Notes under the pieces: model-generated
What the model saw: the letters and a program-made list of their open reading frames with translations, nothing else
What the model was told of the DNA's origin: nothing
The model's database searches: none
Source of the DNA: Fistulifera solaris
Taxonomy: Eukaryota
NCBI GenBank assembly: GCA_030295235.1
Contig: AP026128.1
Coordinates: 1,178,001 to 1,242,000 of the forward strand
Length of the DNA: 64,000 nucleotides
Direction of reading: 5' to 3'
Position numbers and translations under genes: made by a program
In this document: in pieces, positions 58,203-64,000 of the stretch
How the letters are laid out: each line of letters begins with the position of its first letter
Numbering within the stretch: position 1 is the first letter of the stretch

Positions 58203-59173
58203 GTTGAGAAGAGTTGGTGTCCTTGAGTTGAAGCTGAATAGATCGTGACTGCGATTTTTATCGGTATCCTTGAACACGGACTTTGTAGCCAACAGAGGTA
58301 ATTTAGAATTCCAAAACTATTGATCTCGGTAGTCGGTAGTAATGCGGTGTCTTTTCGTTCGAATACATCATTTCTATTGAACAAAACTAATTTGAACGTT
58401 GTGCCTTGCGCCTTATCACTGCATCCGCTTCAGCTAAAATGAAAAGAATGTCCTCCCATGTCCTATGTAGTAGTTAATGCATATTTTGTCGCAACTAGGG
58501 AACGTATACTCGACGTCGTCCTTTCGCCGGCGTCAAAACGACTTGAATGATCGTCTGCTATCTGGACAAGTTCATCATTCGATAATGAAAGACTTTTGGT
58601 TTCAGAGAACTGCAACTTGTAAAACAATGGACATGACACAACTCCGATTGTCGTCTGTGTAGTCGGTTTCCTTTCTGAACAGGCGGTAAATCGCCGCTAC
58701 TTCGTCAAAACCGCTTGCTTGTCGTTTTGATTTTTTTTTTTTATTTTAAAAAAAAAATAAACAACTCATTGCGAAATCCGAGAGATGGCGCGCCACAGCG
58801 CAATCCTCCGCACTGGGAAACCGGCGCAGGTTTGTCGCTTTACTACTAACTGTGGTACAGTGATTCAGAAATCGGAGTTTCTGAAAGAAAGAAAAAAATA
58901 TTTGTGCCAAAAGAGAAAAACCAGTGGAAAATTCAGTCAAATGTCGAAAAAGCATCCGCATTTCAGGAAAATTAGGAATAAATATTTAGGATAAAATTTA
59001 TTATAAAAAAAAAAAACTCATTGTAGTACGAGCGCATGACTGAAGATTTTTGGAGGACATCATCGCACGACGAACAGGCAGCCACGAGAATAAAAGACCG
59101 CAGCAAAAACACCATTGCAATGAACGTTCATAAGAACAAAGAAGTGGACTCATTCACCATAATACCTCTAGGA

Positions 59174-59500
59174 ATGTCGATTTCTACTCTTTTCCTTCTC
59201 GTCGGCTCCGTGCTTGTGCTCCATGCAGCGTACAGCTGTTTGCATTACCGAGAATTGGTTACAGATCTTGAAGAATCTGGACAAATATCACCCGATTTGT
59301 TTGCTTCTACTCCTTCGCTCCCGATAGATGTGGTGGTGGAGCTCATACTGGCGTTCGTCTTGATTTTAGGCGCTGAACTGACAAGAAAAGGAAGCGGTCT
59401 CCAGCCTGTCACGTCACAAGCGAAATCGAAGCCGTTGATGGCTCCATGTTATGTGTCGCGCGATTTTGATATCTACACAACTCGAGGGAGTGCGCTTTGA
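59174..59500 (+). CDS. EMC5/MMgT membrane protein
   Basis: GSVLVLHAAYSCLHYR and LPIDVVVELIL motifs, two TM helices and C-terminal RDFDIYTTRG. Confidence 0.85.
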   Translation: MSISTLFLLVGSVLVLHAAYSCLHYRELVTDLEESGQISPDLFASTPSLPIDVVVELILAFVLILGAELTRKGSGLQPVTSQAKSKPLMAPCYVSRDFDIYTTRGSAL

Positions 59501-59723
59501 TGGAAAATAGAAACAGATTCACCAAGCCATTTGAGTGAATAATAAATAGTGAGATTTGGGCTGCAAAGAATCTCTCTCCACCTGACAAGACACACAATCT
59601 CGAAACGGTTCCTCCAAATAGTTTGAGTCTTACTTTCTACTATTGCATAGAACCGCTAGACGATAATATGGTTATTGCATAGTAGTCTAGCAAGCATAGC
59701 TCTATATTTTTATGCATTAGCAT

Positions 59724-60686
59724 TCAAAGAAGGAAAAATGCCAAAGCATGGAGGCAATCGTAGGCTGCTTGTTGCTCTGGTGTGAGAGAACTCGTAGCAT
59801 CGTCCTTGACAGTGGTGCTTTTCACAGGTAAGATGGGTGGATCATGATGCTGCGGCGCTAAATTTAAAAGATCATCCGCTTCGTTTGTCGAGGGCTCTGG
59901 CATGAGGAATTCCCAAAGTGCTTCATCGGATATTGAGGAGCACGACGAACACACTGAATCATCATTATCACCGTAATGCTTATCCTCGTGAATCGTCTCC
60001 AAGCCTGTCTGCAAAGCGAATTGTATATGCCGATACGAATTTCTATCGGTGGCATGCTGCTGCTGAAGCTCTGAGACGACTGCTTGTGGGGTTTGTTCGT
60101 TACACGTTTGGGCATTTTTCGGCGGAACAGGAATGCTATCCTCATCGTCCTCAATCCAGCATTCCTCCTTCATTTCGTCAGCTTTATCGTCAAACATACT
60201 GGAGTGGAACATCGAGTGTTGTATATCACTGCCAGACTCGTTCACTGGGGAAGGAACAAAGAAAAAGAAGCTGTCGGTGTTTGCGCCTCTTTCCTTTTGG
60301 CCGTCGGGAGCTGCATCCCAAGGAGCTCGATTAATACCAAAGTTATTGCTTTCCCAAAGGTCTTGACTCATTTCCATGGAATCATCTTCGACTTCACTGA
60401 GGCTGGGCGTCGTAGAGCACGACGATGCTGGTGATAGAGGAAACCACTTTTTCGACTTGGGCGAGGGTGAGGGTGATACTTGACCTGAAGAATCATGGGA
60501 CGGAAATACAAAGTTTGTATCCTTCAGAGATGCAGAGTTCAATTCAGTTTGGATAGTCAATGACTGTTTTTCAACTGGGAGATGAAAGGTTTGTTGATTC
60601 GCACAATTTTCTTCGTCGGGCTCAATAGAAGGAGCTTTCATCATCCCTGAGTATGTGCACAATGTTTTCGGCATACTTCCAAGCAT
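59724..60686 (-). CDS. hypothetical S/D-rich protein
   Basis: Intact 320-aa ORF; no recognisable domain. Confidence 0.55.
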   Translation of the reverse strand: MLGSMPKTLCTYSGMMKAPSIEPDEENCANQQTFHLPVEKQSLTIQTELNSASLKDTNFVFPSHDSSGQVSPSPSPKSKKWFPLSPASSCSTTPSLSEVEDDSMEMSQDLWESNNFGINRAPWDAAPDGQKERGANTDSFFFFVPSPVNESGSDIQHSMFHSSMFDDKADEMKEECWIEDDEDSIPVPPKNAQTCNEQTPQAVVSELQQQHATDRNSYRHIQFALQTGLETIHEDKHYGDNDDSVCSSCSSISDEALWEFLMPEPSTNEADDLLNLAPQHHDPPILPVKSTTVKDDATSSLTPEQQAAYDCLHALAFFLL

Positions 60687-61447
60687 GATTGACCGCGCTA
60701 CAAGCAGATGAGATCCAAGTGTTGCGTATCAAGCTAAGGATGCATGAACTGCGTTGTAATTCACTTAAATCGTGCTTCGTGTGTTGCTTTTGTTGCCGTT
60801 CAACGATGCAAATAATCAATGGAAGAGATGTAGTTTGCCGGCCGGCGTGCTTGTTTGAAAGAGCCGTAACTCAGTATTAGAGAGTAGAGTTGCGGTACAG
60901 AGGCGGACAGTACATTCTAAGATCGCGATAAGTAGACGTTAACTAGCGGTTGCCATTGTACTTTTACTGAGAAAGACTCAGCTAACGGACATGTCCATGA
61001 CCATGTACTGTAGGGGACAGGGAGACACGGGAACGCACCTCTGCTTGGTACATTTTTCTACGGGGGGCCTACGTGAGTGTACACTTTTTCCCGAACCTTC
61101 CAGATCTCTTGATTATTGATTATTACCAGTAGGGTCAAGGCCATGATTTAGTTCACGAATAATGAGGACTGACTTCCTCTCCTCGAGGCGCATGCATCCA
61201 AGCGGCTCGCATCGCGTCGTTGACGATGACCATGAAGGACGACGAAATTATTTGATGCTGCTTTGATCTTTACCAGTTAAAGGCTGCATTAAATAACAAT
61301 TCATCAAACTACTTTTTTGTCATTCTTCATTAACTTAGGGAACTTGATCGAACGCCGTTGTGATCATCTCTATAAAAGCGACACAACTTGCTATAGGTCG
61401 GTTTGAATTTTGACCCCTTGGTCGGCAACGGAGAGTAAGAATTCATC

Positions 61448-64000
61448 ATGGCCCCTTCCTTGACGTGGATAACTTCGTGGTTATGTTTCATTCTACTTTG
61501 CACGCGACTATTTCAACAGCAGTGCTATTGCGTTGCGCAGCATGATGGCATGCTTTCTCAGATGCAATGGACGGATATCGATAATAATCACAAGCGGCTG
61601 CGTGTTAGTCTACGGAACAGTCAACTGCAAGAAGCAGAAGCAGCGCAAGTTTCGTTCGCTCAGCTGGAATTACACAACATTCATCCCACTGAAAGCACAA
61701 TCATTTATTCTGTATCAACCACCGTGGAAGAGACTTCCTGGGTGGATCCTTCCACAGGGAAAAAACGCTATTGGTTGAGTACGTCGGAAGGAAGCGATAC
61801 AGAGAACGATCTGCGCACAGTCATGTCCGAAGAAAATGAAGAATATCGTCGGCAAATGCACGTCAGTCAAATACCGGGGAACTTTTTGCAATTGGGACCG
61901 GATCAAGTCGCCGTTTTAGCTTTGAGTTTCTTTCCGCGGTTTCCAGCCAATCACGAAATGCACAACGTGCCGCAGGCGCATGTATTCTACAAAGATGATC
62001 CACCGACATATCAAAGTAAATACGAACACGCGGACTGGAATGACTGGGTTCAATCTACCAGTAGTCGACGAAACAATGCCTTGTCGGATACTTTTCAGAG
62101 GAAAGCATCTTATCAAGTCAAGACGACGTTAGTGATTGAAACAAATACAGAAACACTGAGGATACCAATCAGCGGGACAAGCGTTATACAAAATAAATAT
62201 GGCATACCGAGCATGATTATGCTTGGCAGTAGAGACAAAGAGGAGCCACCGCAGCAGGAGCAACTATTCAATCATTCTGAAGATGCCTTTGTCGTGAGTC
62301 GAATTCATCCTCAGCGAGGGGGGGATGAGCTACACTGAGCAGGACACTTTTACGAAGAGGTCAGATTGCTTTGATGTTTATATTAGACATCCATACCATT
62401 CGAGAAGATGGAGTGATCGCTGGTACAGCGAAGAGCCAGATATCGATCCTCCTGTGGACAGTCTAGAGGTGAAGGAAGTTTCGGTAACTAGGCCCGATCT
62501 AGTGGGTCTGAGATGGAATCGCGAGAAAGGCGTTTCAGCCGACAAAAGAGCGGTGTTACGCAAAAGTATAAGTCGATGGAGTGACGGTGGACCTTTGACT
62601 GTTCCTCCCAATAACATGCCTCATTATTTTGTTTCGGTGTGTGCGCTGACTGCTGACGGCTTTAGCAGTGATAAATCGGCAACTTTTGAATCCGGTGACG
62701 AATTAATCGATTCTTTTCAAATCAGCCTGGGAGTATGGGTTTTTTGCAAATAAGGACGTCGCACGATAATTTACTAGTCTCTTTGGAGAAAGAGCGGATA
62801 GTGACAAGTGAGGATGCTTCAATTCAAGAAATTAAGGAAGTCGATGATCATTATCAACCAAGGAGCGGGCAAGAAATCGAATCAAGTCTTTCGAAGGCGA
62901 CCGCGGCTAGTCCGATTTTATTGCGTTCACTGCCTGAAAGTCTGCAGCACGTATTTGTCTTGGCACATGATGGACATGTCGGCGCAGCTAATGAGACGTT
63001 TACAATTGGTTTAAAGAATGAAAATCATGACGGCATCAGAATTCTTCGTGCATCTATAGTCACGACGTCCCGCTATGATGGTATAACAATTCGCTTGAAG
63101 GAGTTCAACTCCACCTTGTCTGAAATAATGTCAGGGCAGACTTTCGTTTCTGACGCACTATCATTTGAGTACTCAGTGGACTGGGATATCTTGCTTCGAA
63201 ATTCACCTTTGGCTGATTTTGCTATCGAAGGGTCTATTATTATCCGAGCTGCTGCTATGGAACGATCAAAGCAGGGAATGCAATACAATGCAGACACCTT
63301 TCGCAACTCTATCCTTCTTGAGATACCATGGTGCATTCGTGTCGTAACTGGGAACGTCATCCTTGCAACTGAGAAGAAATCCGCTGGCTTTTTTGAAGTT
63401 GGGGCGTCCAATAAGTAATCGATTCAGTACTGTAAAGGGGTCTTCTTTCCTTTTGATCTTCGGTCGGTTGCTGCATTGAATCAGGCAACTCTCATCGTGG
63501 AAAACTTGGTCGTGTTATCTGACATGGGAAATTTGGTTCGGTTGAACGATGTTCGTATCATGGATCAATTGGAAAATCCACAACAGGGTAGGCCTGATAC
63601 CGTATCGCACTGCTCCCGGCTAGAGGCCAAAATAGCCAACGAAGTATCTTTTAGGGAGGACGGACGACTAGGACAAATCGCTTTAACGTATCGCCTTCTT
63701 AGCGAAGAAAACTGGCAAAGTTCGGATCAGGGGCTTGGAGATTTGCCGACATGGTGTTATCTCAGCTTTACGACTGTGCCTAGCACAGGCCAACATATAA
63801 CACCGATTGTCGTATACCGTGGTTCCATTGACGTCTCTGGAAATCCTTCATTCACGACCGCAACGCATGAAATGAAATCGAACGTAGAACTTCAAGATCA
63901 ACACTGGAATCATGCAGTTGGAATAGAAAGTATTATCGACTTGTTGAATACTGCTCAAGTTGGATCGGCTTTTTCGGCGCTAATCAACGGTTCAAGAAGT
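61448..64000 (+). CDS. TMEM131-like secreted/membrane protein, 5' part (frameshifted, runs off window)
   Basis: Signal peptide. IIYSVSTT...LSFFPRF...TTLVIETN..LRIPISG..NKYGI resembles the TMEM131 N-terminal Ig-like domain. Consecutive ORFs join at homopolymers (~62320, ~62742, ~63403-63440), and a frame stays open to the window end. Confidence 0.6.

Noticed and set aside
440..63440. Euplotes-like programmed ribosomal frameshifting or mass pseudogenisation
   Set aside because: Shifts go in both directions, use all four bases, have no shared slippery-plus-stop motif and come without other decay.
1..64000. tRNA/rRNA genes, transposase or reverse transcriptase ORFs
   Set aside because: None recognised by eye; tRNAscan-SE, Infernal and a TE protein search would be needed to exclude them formally.

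Overview
Gene-dense eukaryotic nuclear DNA from a diatom, probably a raphid pennate. The basis is short GT-AG introns, ASAFAP-type plastid presequences, and close resemblance to Phaeodactylum delta-6 desaturase and CBA1. There are about 28 protein-coding loci: RUS1-family, GNAT, INO1, GH3 glucosidase, a NUDIX-eIF2B-like fusion, a 2Fe-2S/TPR protein, bestrophin-like, GGPPS, TFIIA-gamma-like, delta-6 desaturase, 3R-MYB, CBA1, FAD monooxygenase-ankyrin, Kre6/SKN1-type GH16, PhyH, HAD, S1, HMG-box, PPAT, eIF2A, SET, DDX42-like, HSF, GH16 glucanase, EMC5 and TMEM131-like, plus hypotheticals. Over half of the genes carry +/-1 frameshifts in homopolymer runs, which most likely reflects unpolished long-read errors. 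The most unusual structure is non-coding. At 19230-20252 a nested element has a 7-bp TSD, 12-bp outer TIRs and two back-to-back MITE-like units separated by three ATAT copies. An 83-bp hairpin from inside it recurs, inverted, within a 218-bp tandem array at 886-2657. A palindrome-rich 365-bp array lies at 50625-51779, with a related degenerate array at 30925-31460. All family assignments come from motif recognition by eye; no database searches were run.
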